A DNA stretch of 64,000 bases from Euprymna scolopes (Eukaryota). The stretch lies in the NCBI GenBank assembly GCA_053919585.1, contig CM132819.1; one strand, 5' to 3'. How positions within the stretch are numbered: the first letter of the stretch is position 1; each line of letters begins with the position of its first letter. Shown here piece after piece: positions 24,057 through 39,175 of the stretch. Made by a program: the position numbers and the translations under genes. A model generated the notes under the pieces. That model was not told where the DNA came from. It saw only the letters and a list, made by a program, of their open reading frames with translations, and made no database searches.

Positions 24057-25269
24057 TTGTTAGTCACAGTATCGACTGAAGAAGATTTATATTTGAAATT
24101 TTTAGCATTGCAAGGTGAGTTTTCAGTATTTGGTGTGAAACCACAGATATCAATGGATGATCAAACTAACGTTGGAATGTTATATGTACAAAAATATTTC
24201 CCCCTCTGTTGAACATAATGTAACTGGATTGCCACACAGGAAGAATCCTCCCACATAGACCCCCAGAACTACCTGGCCGACGACGACGCAGGAAGGAAGA
24301 TAAAATTAGCTTCGAATTGTTCGTGTGATCGCCTTGCCCGCCATTGAAATAAAACGCGGGAAGGCGTGAATACTAAACATAACTGTATTTATCCCGATTT
24401 TTTTTTTTCTTCAGACTCTTATAATTCAATCGATGCCAATGGCTAAATGAAAATAGTGTTACCAATTAGTAATAATTGCTGTCTACAGAACTGGCGGGAA
24501 TGGGGTTGGTGTGTCAGGTCGCGACTATTAGTTATTATTTTTAAATTTTTTTGTTTTTTTTTGTCTCTCTTTGTTTCTTGAGATTTGCGTCGGCCTCCAA
24601 CGCCAAATATAAACGCGGAATGTGAGAAAAAGTGAAAACAAACATTCACAACAGTGATTGAAATGAATAAAATACAAATGATGGTGATATAAACCACAGA
24701 AGTAAGCATCTAAAAAAATACAGATGGAATTACTTCTTATTTGATTTTATTTGATTTTACTATTTTTTTTTAATTTTATTCCCAATAAGGTAAATTGTCA
24801 GCGAAACTTAAAGAGCTACTGCAAATTAGACGTCTAATTAATAGTGCCATTCTAAATAGAAAGTTGTGCATCGAGATATTTGTTGACATTACATTTACAT
24901 TCAGTACGGAGGCTGAAACAATTTCGGCATCTGCGGGTTTCTAGGATTAATGGGTATAATTTTGCTTTTGTCGGACGAATTTCCGTCGAAACAGTCCAAG
25001 TGTAGTAATTTCCTCGGATCACATTCGTTTGAAGTACACATGCAGAGATGAAACATTGCAGTTATGGTACATAAGATTCGGTCTTGTAGACAGGCTACTT
25101 GCTCAAAGAATTTTTGGGGTTTTATTTATTTTGCAGGAAGATATCTCCCCACAAACGCTGCATTGGATTCACAAATGGTCACAGATTCAATACAGACTAG
25201 GTCAACATCGTTACCGTCGCTGACTTAACCAATTTTATAATATCATCTAATTTATAAAATTTACTATGC

Positions 25270-25698
25270 TTTTCTGTCTGCATATTTTCAAACAATCTCT
25301 GAAACTAAAAGTCGAAGAGTGACGCTAGGGGCCTCAAATGATCGGATTTATTTTATGGGCCGTTCTTTTATGGATTTTTCGACGGATAACATTGTTTTAA
25401 GTAGTCAAAAAGGGGGTCAACTTTTTTTTTTTAAATCGTAATACATTTTGCACATTCATCTTAGTTTATTTTTAATCAGTTCATATGCTTGTAACGTTGG
25501 TACAGTGGTAACGTCACCAGCTTTAAATCATACAGTTTAGCTTTCGGTTTCGATTCTAGCTAATGGCATCCAAATATATATTTTTTTTTTTACTTTTGAA
25601 ATTCGGACTATAATATATACGGAATCTGCGCTAATTGAAATATGATTAAAGCGTAGTTTTACGTCCGGGCAAAACCGGGTGCTCGTCTACCCCGCTAG
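25270..25698 (+). mobile_element. Non-autonomous Helitron-like repeat (family D)
   Basis: CCGGGCAAAACCGGG hairpin then CTAG|T. Confidence 0.65.
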
Positions 25699-25765
25699 TA
25701 TGCAATACAAATGTTAATTCGATCTAAATGTTTTTTTTTCTTGTTGATAATTCCAAGGTCATAAC

Positions 25766-25929
25766 TAGGGCTATGGCAAGAGAATATTCTTATTGTTTTG
25801 ACTTTCGAGTATGTATCCGACGCAGTTAATCAATCGAGAATCACATAACTTTAAAAACATATAAGATATTAACTGATATATACTCGAAAGTCAAAACTAT
25901 GAAAAGAATCTGCTCTTGTAATAGCCTTA
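25766..25929. mobile_element. hAT-type MITE with perfect 8-bp TSD
   Basis: GTCATAAC at 25758-25765 and 25930-25937 flanks TIRs beginning TAGGGCTA. Confidence 0.85.
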
Positions 25930-27542
25930 GTCATAACTAATCAAGGTCTGGAAGCCATGCTTAGATAAATGTTGACTATTAGCTAGAGGCCTGAACATAA
26001 GTATACAAAATCAATGAGCAATCGTTTTCCCGTTAAAATAATGAATTAATTGAGAGTTTACTTTTTATTTATACTGAGTGTATATCTATCGTTACTATTA
26101 TATAAAAATAAAGTTGTATGTATGTGTGTGGGAGTTGGCTCCATATGGACTCGAAAACAACCGGACTGATTTTTATGAAACTTCACACAAAGATACTTTA
26201 TGTGTCTGGCGATGTTCTTAGATATGTTTTGTATCGGAATGTCTTTGATAAATATCTATAACCGACAATCAAAATAATCAGATAAAAAGAAGGAACAAGT
26301 GATTTCGACCAAACTTAACACCTTACGCAGTCTTACATCGAATCACACAAGCAGTAAGGCCCGACATAAAATTTCAACAAAATGCACTTTATGACGACCG
26401 GAAATTACATCGACAGAAAATTTAGAACAGAAATCCGAATAATGTAAATAACAGAAAATAATTATATTTTTTGCAAACTTTCTACGAGTGAAAACTCTTA
26501 CCGTTGGATTAAAATACTATGTATATTATATTTCTTTCTTTGTTATAATCCTTTTTAAATGAGACTTAATAATTTGTAATTATTTTTTGCGGACTTAATT
26601 TTCTCTTTATAGTTGTTTTTCAACGTTTCGGTCAATCCTTCTTCAAGTGGTTACCCGTGACGGAACTGGAATGCCGAGTCTTGTAATTGTATTCCCAGTA
26701 AGTACTGTCTTCCATAGTTGCCGTTGTCCCGTCACGTTTTGACCAAATAATCCTTTGGTTTGCTTGGTTGTATTCATGCCGCTATCTTCAAACAATTCTC
26801 ACTTGGAACCGGGAGACTCCGAAATAGAATTTGGTGTTCCTGACGCAGTTAATAGAGGCGTTGAGTCTCTCTGGTTCCTAGTGAGCATTATCTGAGGATA
26901 GCAGCTTTAATCTTGCCCAAAGAAGACCAGAGGATTAGTTCGACAAAACCTTGTGAAACAACTATGAAGATGACATTCCGCAAAAAAAAAAAAAAAGATG
27001 AATACAAAAATTTTGGTTTTGTACGAAAAAAAAAAAAAAAGAAAAAAAAAACTTACTTCGCAGCGTTTTGGTTTATCTGGTAAAAACAATAAAAGTAATT
27101 TTTCCACAAGAACCAAAATCCCCCGAGAAAGATATTTGTTACCGTCCACCTGAGCACACCGTGAATTAACCATCAGCCTCGCGGCGAACATTCAACCGTC
27201 CTTAGTTGATGCTGAGGACTTCCTGTGCGGAACGTTAATAATGTCCTGTTTTTTCAGTTGCGCTAACCTTCGGCACTGTTACGTAATTAACTGGTTACCT
27301 GTTCCCCACATATTGTAGGACGCAAATGATGGTGATTCTTCATACGATGGTGCTCCTTTTTACTTGCGTCCTCACGAGGAAAAAGCTAGAAGCAACGTAT
27401 GATTTAAATATCAGGAAAATCGAGGCGAAAAATAAGCCACATTAAATTTTAAAAAAATATCCAATCTAGAAAATTCCTTCAGTGACCGATGAAAGAATTG
27501 TATCAAACTTAGCATCAGAACAGATACTACAATTTCCTCATA

Positions 27543-27592
<50 letters not shown>

Positions 27593-30090
27593 AAGCACGC
27601 CAAGAATATTTCTATTCGTTATAATTCTTCATCTCAAAGATAGTGATTAATCTTATTTCGATAAGAAACTCGACCGATTTCACCATTTTAAAATAATTTT
27701 TTTTAAATGCCATGAACATAATCTCTGCTTATATATAAAGACGTTATGTGTGTTTGTTATTGGAATGCCTACTATAAATATCGAAATTCAATAATCGAAA
27801 AAATAAATAAAGATTAAACAGCCTCTTCTTGACCAAAGCTAACCCCGTTATAAAGCCTATCATTATATCTGCATTTAAGATATGTATCACTACTCAGGGA
27901 AAAGACCCGGCGTATAGAATCAAATGGTAGGTTTTCTGATAAAATATAGACGCTTTCGAAATGAACGTTTCTGTATAGAGCACAACGGAACCATGATATT
28001 TGATTTTTGCAGTTTAAACTAATTGTAACCATAATAACATTTTTTATAAAATCAACATTAAGTTCTCTACAGTGAAAAGTAGATTACAGTGTATTGTGGA
28101 CTAAGTAACTGCAGGGCGGCATGTGAAACTTCCTTCCGGTGCACCACGATGGATCCCCAACTAGAGCAGGCAATCAATCGATTTGTTTGGAAATCGATAT
28201 ACTTCAGTGATTTCATGGCCAATAAAAGTGTTGGAAGTGTGAAACATTCATTAATCCTCATTCAACCTCGGACAACGTATAACTTATATTTCTTTGCTGA
28301 GAATTTGCGCATTCTACTTCGAATATCCAGTAAAAATAAATTTTGAACATTATTTATAGACTTCATTTTAAATGTATGCTTGTACCAATAAATATGGAAC
28401 GCACAATTATATTGTCTCCCACCGGTGTGTTTCCAAACACTTGGCTTGTTACATACCCGCAATCGCTTGTAGCAGCAGCAGCAGTCGCATGACATATATA
28501 AATAACCGAGTCAGTAGGCGAAGTGACATCTAAGTGAGTAAATGCCAGAGGAAAAGGGAAAGAAGATAAATACACGGGCCAAACACTAGAAAAAGAGCGC
28601 TTGCGGCGTGAGCTAGCCGTGTTTCCTCGTGGTGATATGAGTAACTTTTAAGCATGTGTCGATATGGCATGGTTTTGTTAACTACATGACAGCCGAGACG
28701 AAAAAGGACATTTATATCGAGATACAATGTGTTAGTTTGGAATGTGCCATATATAAATGATTTATTTATACTGAAAAAGAAAAGAGTGGATTTTTATTTT
28801 ATTTTATGTTTTTCCTTTCGTGACTACGTCTTGGTCCCGATTGCTAAAAATGTAACAACACCGCTGAAGATTAACGAACACGTAACAGCCTTTATATTGA
28901 CTAGCTATGTCATTCAAGACGCCCCTTTTTATAGTTAAAATCTTATTTGAATAATAGCAATACTCTTAGTATAGTATAATGTTCACAACGTTTCAGCCGA
29001 CGTAACATCTAATCATTTTCTGATGCATCGGTTCTTACGTTCAAAAATCTATGTCGAATTTGGTTGAAATACTTACTTTTTTATTAAGCACTTGATTAAA
29101 ACCATTGGGGTAGTTGATAGCGGTTCCCGAATTCGACATTAGAAAGTTCTTAGTTTAGAAATATCAACTTTTAAAGTCGTGGGAGATTACCTCGGTCCAA
29201 ACGTTGTAAAAATAACAACCAAGATGAGAATAATAGTAAACAATAATACAAATAATTTAGATAATCTATTCTCATCTAAAAAGATTCAGAAATATAAAAA
29301 TAATTTTTTAGCGTTTCTATTCTGCATAAAAAATCTAAATAAATGACGTTCAACTATTTGCTTACAGGATAAGAGAAAGTGAACTTGGTTTTATCTCCAG
29401 TAGACTTAATTCTCGCTTATCTTATTTTTTTTCTTTAGTCCCCATATTCCCTGTTTTCTAGGTTAGTATCTATCCATAAAACATTTATCGATAACTAGCA
29501 GGCCGCCCGGCGTGGCCCGGGTGTAAAATACGCATCAATATTATATTTTAATTCATACAGAGATTGAGACATGTGCAGGCGAGTACTGTTTTTTTTAACA
29601 GTTCACTTCGCGAAAATTAAAAAAAAAAATACTAGAACTGAGACAAAAAAAATCCTATAGACAGCGAGTCAAGTACGATAACAATTAAGCCGGCTTGACA
29701 CGATCTTTAAAAGAATTTTCAAACCTACTTATTTTTAACAATGTAACGTGAGCTATTTACGAATGCGCATTCGTAGAACAGTTAGCAAACACAAAAATCC
29801 GACGACCGCCACATACCAAGTTTTCAATTTTTACCTCTAAGCAGATGAAAACAGATTAAAATGTTATCACATGTCTGAATATCCTATATATCAAATTTTA
29901 AGTTTGTAGATAAAAATCCGTTGAGTATATAGGTTGAGAAGTGTCTTCACGCACATTTTTTACTTTTATAGATATAGAGATTTGGTTTTAACATTGACGA
30001 ATTGTTTTAGTTCCTTATACCAAGTGACATTATGCATTGTCTGAAGCGATTTCCATATAAAAGTATTATTATATTATAGCATATATTAGA

Positions 30091-30660
30091 CTAGCCTGGG
30101 GGTCCGGTGTTTAGAGGTGTGTGTTGAGCAAATAATTTTTTTTAAGTGGTAGTAAGTAGGCAGGCAGGCAAGCAGACAGGCGGTTTCGAACTCGTGACGC
30201 CAAGGCGGAAAAGAAATTGAAAGAGAACCTAACGTCTAACCCCTACTCCATGAGGCGACCGGAAGTTCGGAGCGCTGAAAACGATACGATGACTTGCAAA
30301 AATGGCGATGCAAAAACCTATCCTCCTTGTAGAAAAGTCGCCAGTCAAGGGTGAAATCATTAATGTTTTTAGCCAATGTTTCGATATTTGTCGTCCGAAG
30401 GGTCGAGCTTCAAAACGTTAATTATCTCGTGAAACCCATCACCTCTGTTAAAAGTTTAAGGCGAGCATACATACATATATTTAAATAAACAGGTGATATT
30501 TATATATTAGATTAATCTATTATATAAATATCACAGGTTTATTTAAATGTATGTATGTATGCTTGCCTAAAACTTTTAACAGAGACGATGGCTTTCACGA
30601 GATCATTAACGTTTTGAATCTCGACCTGTCGGACGACAAATATCGAAAAATTGGCTAATA
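30091..30660. mobile_element. Two family-B Helitron-like copies head-to-head
   Basis: 30091-30511 on minus (CTAG end) and the inverted 5' part at 30516-30660 on plus. Confidence 0.6.
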
Positions 30661-31322
30661 CAACTAACTATTTACTTGAATCCACACTTCGACTGCAAAA
30701 CAAAACAATCTTGAATAAGATAACAATCAAAACAGTCTGTGTTAAATGATCTCTCCTTTTTCGACTGATGATCTCTGGTAAAGTGAAGAATAAAAGAACA
30801 TCTTTTAATCCCAGCCCAAAGGCCAAGAGAACGTATTCACAAGTGTCTTTTGTTCAAGTTGTCTTTTAAGAAAACTTGGCGAAACTTGTGTTTTTATTTT
30901 TTATTTCATTATTATTATTATTATTATATATTTGTTTGCAATTTTGATTTTTTCCTGTTAAAATTTCTACTGAAAGAATTTAATTATCTCCCAGACGGTT
31001 CCACTGTGTTTTTTCCCCTACAAATCAAATACTTTCTTCATGAATATCTAACGATCGGATTAACAAAACACAAACTAAATCAATAAGAACACACACATAA
31101 CAGAGACGTACACCCGTATACGCGGTGTCTCCGACATTCAATAAAATGTTTTCGTCCGATTATATTAAGATTATCATTAAAACTTCAATGATATAAAAAT
31201 ATTTGGATTGTGAGTCCATTTTTTTTCCAATTTAAAGTATTTTCTTTTAAAGCATACATTATAAAAAAAAAGTAGAATTAGGTTTTCTTTAAGCAGTTCC
31301 GTAACTCTCGTTTCTGTTATTA

Positions 31323-32115
31323 CTAGCCTGGGTACCCGGCGTTGCCCGGGTGTTTGTAGTATGTTTTGAGCAAAAAAAAAAAATAAATAAATAAATTAGT
31401 TGGCAGACAGTGTGATGCGAAGGCGGGGAAAAAGCGACGTGTGTAAGAGTGTTTGTGGAGAAAAAAAGACGAAAAATAGGAAATTTGCGAGCATAAAAAA
31501 AGTGATAGTAGGCAGCAAGACCCTGACCCGTACTGCGAAGGAGGAAATGAAACAGAAAAAAGCAAAACATTAGCTCTTGCGACCATCGCCAAAGCGGAAG
31601 TGACGTAGGTTTAAATTAAGGCTGAAAAAGCTTGATTAATTTTTCGATATTTGTCGCCGAAAGATCGAGCTTCAAAATGATACCCAGCTCGTGAAAATCG
31701 GTCGCCTCTGTCCAAATATTTTGGGAGATACATACATACATAAATACATACATACATACATGCATACGAGCAGACAGGAGAGATTTATATTATAGACTAG
31801 CCTGGGTGTCCTAAGTTAACCGGGTGTTTAGACGTGTGTGTTGAGCAAAAAAAAATAATAATAATAATGGTAATAAGGCAGACAGGCTCGAACCCGTACC
31901 GCGGAGGAGAAGAACCTGAGAAAAAAATGACGTCTTTTCTGTTGCGCTCATCACTAAACCAGATGTGACGTACGTTTAAATTAATGCTAGACAATCGAAA
32001 AGAAGCGATGACTTTAAATAAATATTGGCGAAAAAAGTGACCCCTCCCTGTAGAAAAGTGCGCAGTTGGGGTGAATGAATTAATGCTGTTATTCAATTTT
32101 TCGACATTTGTCGCC
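31323..32115 (-). mobile_element. Two tandem family-B non-autonomous Helitrons
   Basis: CTAGCCTGGG..CCGGGTGTTT termini at 31324 and 31797. Confidence 0.7.
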
Positions 32116-33469
32116 CATTTTTAATCCAAGATGGCGTAATGGTAAAATATAAAGGTAACTGAAGCTTCTCTTCCAAACTTTCGGATTCTCACCATATATT
32201 ACCGAATTTTAATTCCTTTAGGTTGATTTCATTGTTGCTATTTCTTTTGATGAGTTAAAGGCATAATAGATTCACTAATTGATATAATTATTAATGGATT
32301 GATTTTGCGCTACGAAACAGACTCTGTCAAGAACTGTAAGGATCAATTGATGTAAAGGAATAAAATATAAAATTGTCAACATCATGTATTTTGGAATATA
32401 ATTTTTTGTCATTTCTTCTATATATTGCTCTGTACTCACATTGAGCTTCTTATATAAGGATTGATATATAATGAGAAAAATGTATTTCTACAGAAATATA
32501 TNNNNNNNNNNNNNNNNNNNNNNNNNNNNNNNNNNNNNNNNNNNNNNNNNNNNNNNNNNNNNNNNNNNNNNNNNNNNNNNNNNNNNNNNNNNNNNNNNNN
32601 NNNNNNNNNNNNNNNNNNNNNNNNNNNNNNNNNNNNNNNNNNNNNNNNNNNNNNNNNNNNNNNNNNNNNNNNNNNNNNNNNNNNNNNNNNNNNNNNNNNN
32701 NNNNNNNNNNNNNNNNNNNNNNNNNNNNNNNNNNNNNNNNNNNNNNNNNNNNNNNNNNNNNNNNNNNNNNNNNNNNNNNNNNNNNNNNNNNNNNNNNNNN
32801 NNNNNNNNNNNNNNNNNNNNNNNNNNNNNNNNNNNNNNNNNNNNNNNNNNNNNNNNNNNNNNNNNNNNNNNNNNNNNNNNNNNNNNNNNNNNNNNNNNNN
32901 NNNNNNNNNNNNNNNNNNNNNNNNNTCATACATATATTTTTTGAATCGAAGCTTTTTAATATACAAAAATTCGTAGAACCGTAATATCAACGAAATCTGC
33001 AAAAATTTTAATATATTTAAAGCGCATACTTTAATCTTGCTAGTTTGGATTATTTCCATTATACGCCTTATTGATTGATGTTTTCTGAACGTTCTCATTA
33101 GCAGCGTGTTTCCTTGCGCTTTCTTCAGTCTCCTGTTTAACGAGTCCTGACCTCGGACTCATGTTTACAAAGCGCTCTCCCCGGTTTCGTGTTGATTAAG
33201 AGTCCCTTCGTTCTATCGCTTAGAAAACATTCTCTTAATTCTTACGTTTACCAAATCTTACGTTTTTTAAGCGCTCCCTTTGTTCTCATATTTTTCACGT
33301 TTACCAAGCAGTTTTTCATCCTCATATGTACCAATATTCATCTTCGGTCCCATGTTTTATAAACTTGCGGTTTCCATAGGCTTTATCAGTTTAATTACTT
33401 ATATTAGTTAACTTATTACATTTCATCCGGTACAAAAACGAATATTAACTCTTCCCTCTTTCTAAATAA

Positions 33470-34217
33470 TGTAAAACTGAACGTCTGCGTGTGTGTCTGG
33501 TCACGAATAGGCTCCTATATGGTTGATTATTATAGAAAACTGATCACACATAATGATAGAAGATGTATCGAGACACAGGAATGGGTATGTTTGATCTGGC
33601 ATATCGAGGGTTCATTAAAATTGTGGGGTCTGCGTACGCGCCTGGTCCACAAAGTATGGAAATAAAAAAATAAAAAATAAAAAAACAACGTTTACAAGTG
33701 TTTTTATATAGATGTACAGAAGAATACTTTGATAAGTATGTTTTAACTTAAATAGGGATGGTATAATAAAATTGTGGGGTCTGCGTTCGCACCTAGCCTC
33801 CATAGAATGGAAATAGGCACAAACTTTAATAAAGACTTTTCTTATCTATCTGCGTAAGTATACTTTGATAATTATGTTTCAGTTTGAAGAAATATGGTAT
33901 AATAAAATTATGGGGTGTTCGTTCGCGCCTGACCTCCATAGAATGGAAATATGTCACAAAGTTTAACAAGGTTTTTTTTAATATAGATCCACAGAATATC
34001 GTGATAAGTGTTTCAGTGTGAACAGGTATGGTATAATAAATTATGGGGTTTATCTATTTTATTTTTACTTTAATCATATTTTTCTTTGGTTTTGATGCCC
34101 CCAAATTCAACCCAAATTTACAACCCTTCCGTTTCATAACCTAGCATACTTTCATAAATCAGAGTCTATTTTCCGTAGGCTGGTTTTGAACCCAGTCCAC
34201 GAAGGGTACTTTTGCTA

Positions 34218-34218
<1 letters not shown>
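33470..34218 (+). mobile_element. Helitron-like element with ~125-150-bp internal tandem repeats (second copy 58995-59698)
   Basis: Four TAAA(A)TTRTGGGGT-led subunits; terminal hairpin plus GCTAG|T adjoining (TA)n. Confidence 0.7.
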
Positions 34219-34254
<36 letters not shown>

Positions 34255-35459
34255 TAAATAGTGGCCCATATATTTTTTATATATTTCCTGCTCTGTACTA
34301 CCCTTCCGATTCACTCTTATATCTTATACCTACAATTAATTACCGTTTACTATTTTACTCTATTCCTTCATTCCCACTTTGGTTGCTCCGCCCCCACCTT
34401 AGGGTTGCCTTTCGGGTTATAAATGGCTAAAATTTACACTTTTGTGCTTATTAAAAAAAATTGAAAAGTTGTTACTAACTGATTTCTATATAATTTTATT
34501 TGTCTATACTTCGCGATAGCTATTGAGTGTGGCCCAGGGGCTCTTTTAGTACTAATAAAAACCACTCCATTTTTGGAACTATTTTACCACAGCTGTGCTA
34601 AATTTCTGTGCATATCTGTTTAGAAATTCTGAATGGTGCTGAACTCACATTGTAATCTGTTTAGCTCTTGGGAACTTTTGGGAGTAAATAGCGGGGGGAG
34701 GATCAAATGATGGACTCAGTCATTTTTTTTTTTTTTTTTGCATGGTGCAGAACTCAAATTTACATATGTTAAGTCCTAAAACTGCACCGTTTGTTTATGT
34801 TTTCCAAAATTTTACATACCCTGGGGACAATGCGGGCGCAATTGCTGAAATTATTCATTTGTGTGCCTCGTTACCTATACGCTCACGGGGGACCATGCGT
34901 GATTCACTTGTTCAATTATATTTCACCTTTTATTTGTACCCATTCAAAGCTCGATGTGACTAAAGGGCATATATCAGAAATATTAAAATTCAACGGTAGT
35001 GTAATAAAATGGAAAAAAAAGGTAATAGAAACTTCTATCAATTTTCGGATATTGTAAACATGCTCATATGCCTTTAGTAACATTTTAATTGGTAAGTGCT
35101 TTTTTTTCTCATGCGAATAGGAAGAAATAAATTCAATATTTTACATGAAGAATTCTGCGCTGCGAAACAGGTGCTATCACGAATTGTGCATATCAACTTA
35201 TGTAAAGGAATAAACGCAAGCTTGCCAACATCTTGAAATTTGGAATATAGACTTGCCATTTNNNNNNNNNNNNNNNNNNNNNNNNNNNNNNNNNNNNNNN
35301 NNNNNNNNNNNNNNNNNNNNNNNNNNNNNNNNNNNNNNNNNNNNNNNNNNNNNNNNNNNNNNNNNNNNNNNNNNNNNNNNNNNNNNNNNNNNNNNNNNNN
35401 NNNNNNNGGCGATTAAGCTACACTGAATATTCCGCGTTTCGTCCATGCTATGATTCTTC

Positions 35460-35514
<55 letters not shown>

Positions 35515-35517
<3 letters not shown>

Positions 35518-36283
35518 AAAGGACATTTGTGTCCGAGTTCGTTCCCAATGAACTCCAAAACGGCTAGACGTAGTTTTATGAAAGTTCACAAAAAAGTACC
35601 TCATGTGACACGTAGTGTTCTTAGATCATTTTTTTTTTTATCAGGATGCCGAAATTATCGATAATCGATAATCAAAGAAAAAAAAAAGAAAAAAAGATTG
35701 ACAATGGAACATTCCGATTTTAACCAGAGTTTAAACGTTTACAGTCTAACAATTCAAGAACATTATCACCGCAAAAACAAATGCGACCGGAGTATAAAAT
35801 AAGAAGGGTTTTTTTTTTATATGAGAAGGGCGCGTAAAAAATAAATGTTCCTGCTTAGAGCACAATTGAATCCTTTTGGCATTCTGAACTTTAATTTCAA
35901 GCTATCGACACCACACAAGTAGAAAGGCTAGGCATATAAAGTAACCAGTAGGGTTTTTTATATGACAGCGGCGCGTTCGAAACGAATATTTCTGTTTAGA
36001 GTATAATTGAAGTATGATACTTGATTTTTTACATTTTAAACTTTAATTCTAGCCATTATATAAAATAATATTATAAATAAACAGAAGATTCTCTACAGTG
36101 CAATGTGTAATGGACTAAATCAGTGCTTCCTTCCGCTTCACAGCGAAGGGTTTCAAAGTAGACAGCAATCAATCGATTTGATCGAAAAATAGGTGAGTTC
36201 AGTGATTTCGATGACAAATTATAGGAGGGTGAAGCATTACTTGATCCTTTTTTAATCCCGAGCAACGTTGGGTTGCTGTGCCA

Positions 36284-36285
<2 letters not shown>
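35515..36285 (+). mobile_element. Helitron-like repeat family C (also ~3735-4250, 26095-26500, 48660-49461)
   Basis: Shared GAGTTCGTTCCC..AAAACGGCTAG start and CCGAGCAACGTTGGG-type terminal hairpin. Confidence 0.55.
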
Positions 36286-36317
<32 letters not shown>

Positions 36318-36938
36318 TGCGTGTTTTTCTCATTCTTCGTGGTATATAATATCGATTTAATTATATAACAATAAAATAGTTACGAGATCTATCTTCTATC
36401 ACTTCGTTCAAATCTTTTATTATAATATGCCAAGACTATCATAAGGAAATATAGTTTCCTCTTTACATTTTTTATAAAAAATAAATAAACGAAGAAGAAT
36501 AAAATCGATTCGAAATCAATTCAACAGGTGGACCGATTCTGCATCGATTTCAGAATTAAAAAATAAAAATAAAATTATACAACAAAATGGCGTCTCTGCT
36601 TGTGTGAGATGATTTGGCGCCGCAGGGAAAAAAAATCAAAGATGGTGGAAAGGGTTGGGGGTTACGTGCTGTGACCTCTATTTTAGCTTGTAGCCGCCAT
36701 CTTATGTTTCTCCATTTTTTTCTTCGTTCCCTAACGCGTATGTCTCAAATTAACACCTGTGGCGAGAAGTGAGGAAAGTAGTTTGTTGTCTGAAAGAAAA
36801 AAAACTTTTCCCCCCTTTAAATTATATGCAAAAAAGATTTCTTAATTATTTTTCAGTAGATTAATAAAAAAAAATTGATATTCACTTTTCAATTTTTGCT
36901 TATTTATTGATCTTTAACTTTTTTTCATTAAGCTGAAT

Positions 36939-37000
<62 letters not shown>

Positions 37001-37034
37001 AATTAGAATGAAAACCTAAAATAAATGAAAGGTA

Positions 37035-37074
37035 ATCAACATTTCGTCCCTATTTCAGGGGACATCTTCAGGAC
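37035..37074 (-). ncRNA. Degenerate minimal hammerhead
   Basis: CTGAAGA-T-GTCCC(CTGAAATA)GGGAC-GAAA-TGTTG. Confidence 0.45.
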
Positions 37075-38232
37075 TTGGTTGGAGAAAATGCTGAGGAAAC
37101 AGGCTACAGACTACGTGCGAGTTAAGGTAAGAACTTCAGGTTCCTTCCTACTCTGGAAAGAATTTATAAATGTGCGTGTAGGGAGGTTGAATTATTCTAT
37201 GTATATATATACACATTTAAACCCCGCTTATATGCATATGTAANNNNNNNNNNNNNNNNNNNNNNNNNNNNNNNNNNNNNNNNNNNNNNNNNNNNNNNNN
37301 NNNNNNNNNNNNNNNNNNNNNNNNNNNNNNNNNNNNNNNNNNNNNNNNNNNNNNNNNNNNNNNNNNNNNNNNNNNNNNNNNNNNNNNNNNNNNNNNNNNN
37401 NNNNNNNNNNNNNNNNNNNNNNNNNNNNNNNNNNNNNNNNNNNNNNNNNNNNNNNNNNNNNNNNNNNNNNNNNNNNNNNNNNNNNNNNNNNNNNNNNNNN
37501 NNNNNNNNNNNNNNNNNNNNNNNNNNNNNNNNNNNNNNNNNNNNNNNNNNNNNNNNNNNNNNNNNNNNNNNNNNNNNNNNNNNNNNNNNNNNNNNNNNNN
37601 NNNNNNNNNNNNNNNNNNNNNNNNNNNNNNNNNNNNNNNNNNNNNNNNNNNNNNNNNNNNNNNNNNNNNNNNNNNNNNNNNNNNNNNNNNNNNNNNNNNN
37701 NNNNNNNNNNNNNNNNNNNNNNNNNNNNNNNNNNNNNNNNNNNNNNNNNNNNNNNNNNNNNNNNNNNNNNNNNNNNNNNNNNNNNNNNNNNNNNNNNNNN
37801 NNNNNNNNNNNNNNNNNNNNNNNNNNNNNNNNNNNNNNNNNNNNNNNNNNNNNNNNNNNNNNNNNNNNNNNNNNNNNNNNNNNNNNNNNNNNNNNNNNNN
37901 NNNNNNNNNNNNNNNNNNNNNNNNNNNNNNNNNNNNNNNNNNNNNNNATTTATAAAGGTGGCGATCTGGAAAGAATTTATAAATGTGCATGTAGGAAGGT
38001 TGGATTATTCTATACACATTTAAATGTCACTTATATACAGATATACATGCATATTTACTGAACCGATATTAATTTTATTAGTTAATCCCTTATTTATTTT
38101 ATTAACACTTTATATATGTTTTTTTTTTGGGGGGGGGAGTATGTATTTTTTTTAATGTAATACAATATTTATAAAGGTGGCGATCTTTCGATTTTAGTTT
38201 ACTGACTGTTTTAAATCGATAATTAATAACTA

Positions 38233-39175
38233 CTAGACTTCCAGTGACCCGCTGGATCAGTATGTTATAATAGCTATGGAATCCATTTATGAGCGTGACA
38301 CTTGTGACGTAAAGAAAATAGTTTTTTTTTTTTCTTTTTTACATAACAGAAACATTTCTATGAAAGTATATATGAATGAAAAATCACGGACGGATCACTC
38401 AAACATGAAAAAAACTCATCCCTATTCGTGTAAAGTTACCTATTTCTTCGAATAATCGCTCAAAAATCGAAAATTAAACATGCTTTCCATACGAATTGAA
38501 CGCCGATGAAAGTCATTTAGTAGGAAAAACGCACATGAACATACAGATGAGAAATATAAGAATGAAAACCCCATATTGGAACCCTTCAACCAAGTTATAG
38601 AAAATTAAAATCTATAAAAAAAAAAATAATAATTAATAAAACCTGAAGCACAAAAAATAAAACCTAAATAAATACAATAAAATAAAACTAATATTGAAAC
38701 TGATTAGTAATTGTGTCAACAAATTCATCGTTCTCACGCAACTATTTTGTATCTAGAAATGTAAACAAAAAATGAAGACAGAGGGAGGAAGGAAGAAAGG
38801 AAAAGGGACGGATAGAGAGTAGTAATAGTAGTAGTAGTAGTAGTAGTAGTAGTAATCTTGGCTTTACTACAATTTTTCTTACGTTTGTCAACGGGTTAAA
38901 GTTGTTTAGTTGTAAAAAAATAGTGGCAGTACAGTTGTAATAAAGAATACTTGCAAAACACCCCCACTCTTCCCATGTTAAATAATAATTTCGTAAATAA
39001 TAACGTTAATATTTCAGTGCGCAGGTCAAAATCTGCAAAAGAAGCGATTTGTGTTTATTTGTTTACGTTGATATGAGTGAATGTTTATGCGCGCATGCGC
39101 AACCGGATGTCGTAAACCTAAAAGTTGGTTACATCCATCGTTAAAAGGTCATTTTAATTTTATAATTATATAGAT
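38233..39175 (-). mobile_element. Helitron-like element, inverted homologue of 41853-42630
   Basis: Both termini are shared in reverse complement with 41853-42630; TC start; TGATCCAGCGGGTCA hairpin and CTAG end. Confidence 0.65.

Noticed and set aside
24060-24706. Splice-like sites (AAG|GTGAGT near 24115, polypyrimidine-CAG near 24414, GTAAGC at 24701)
   Set aside because: No coherent reading frame; cannot be supported without transcript data.
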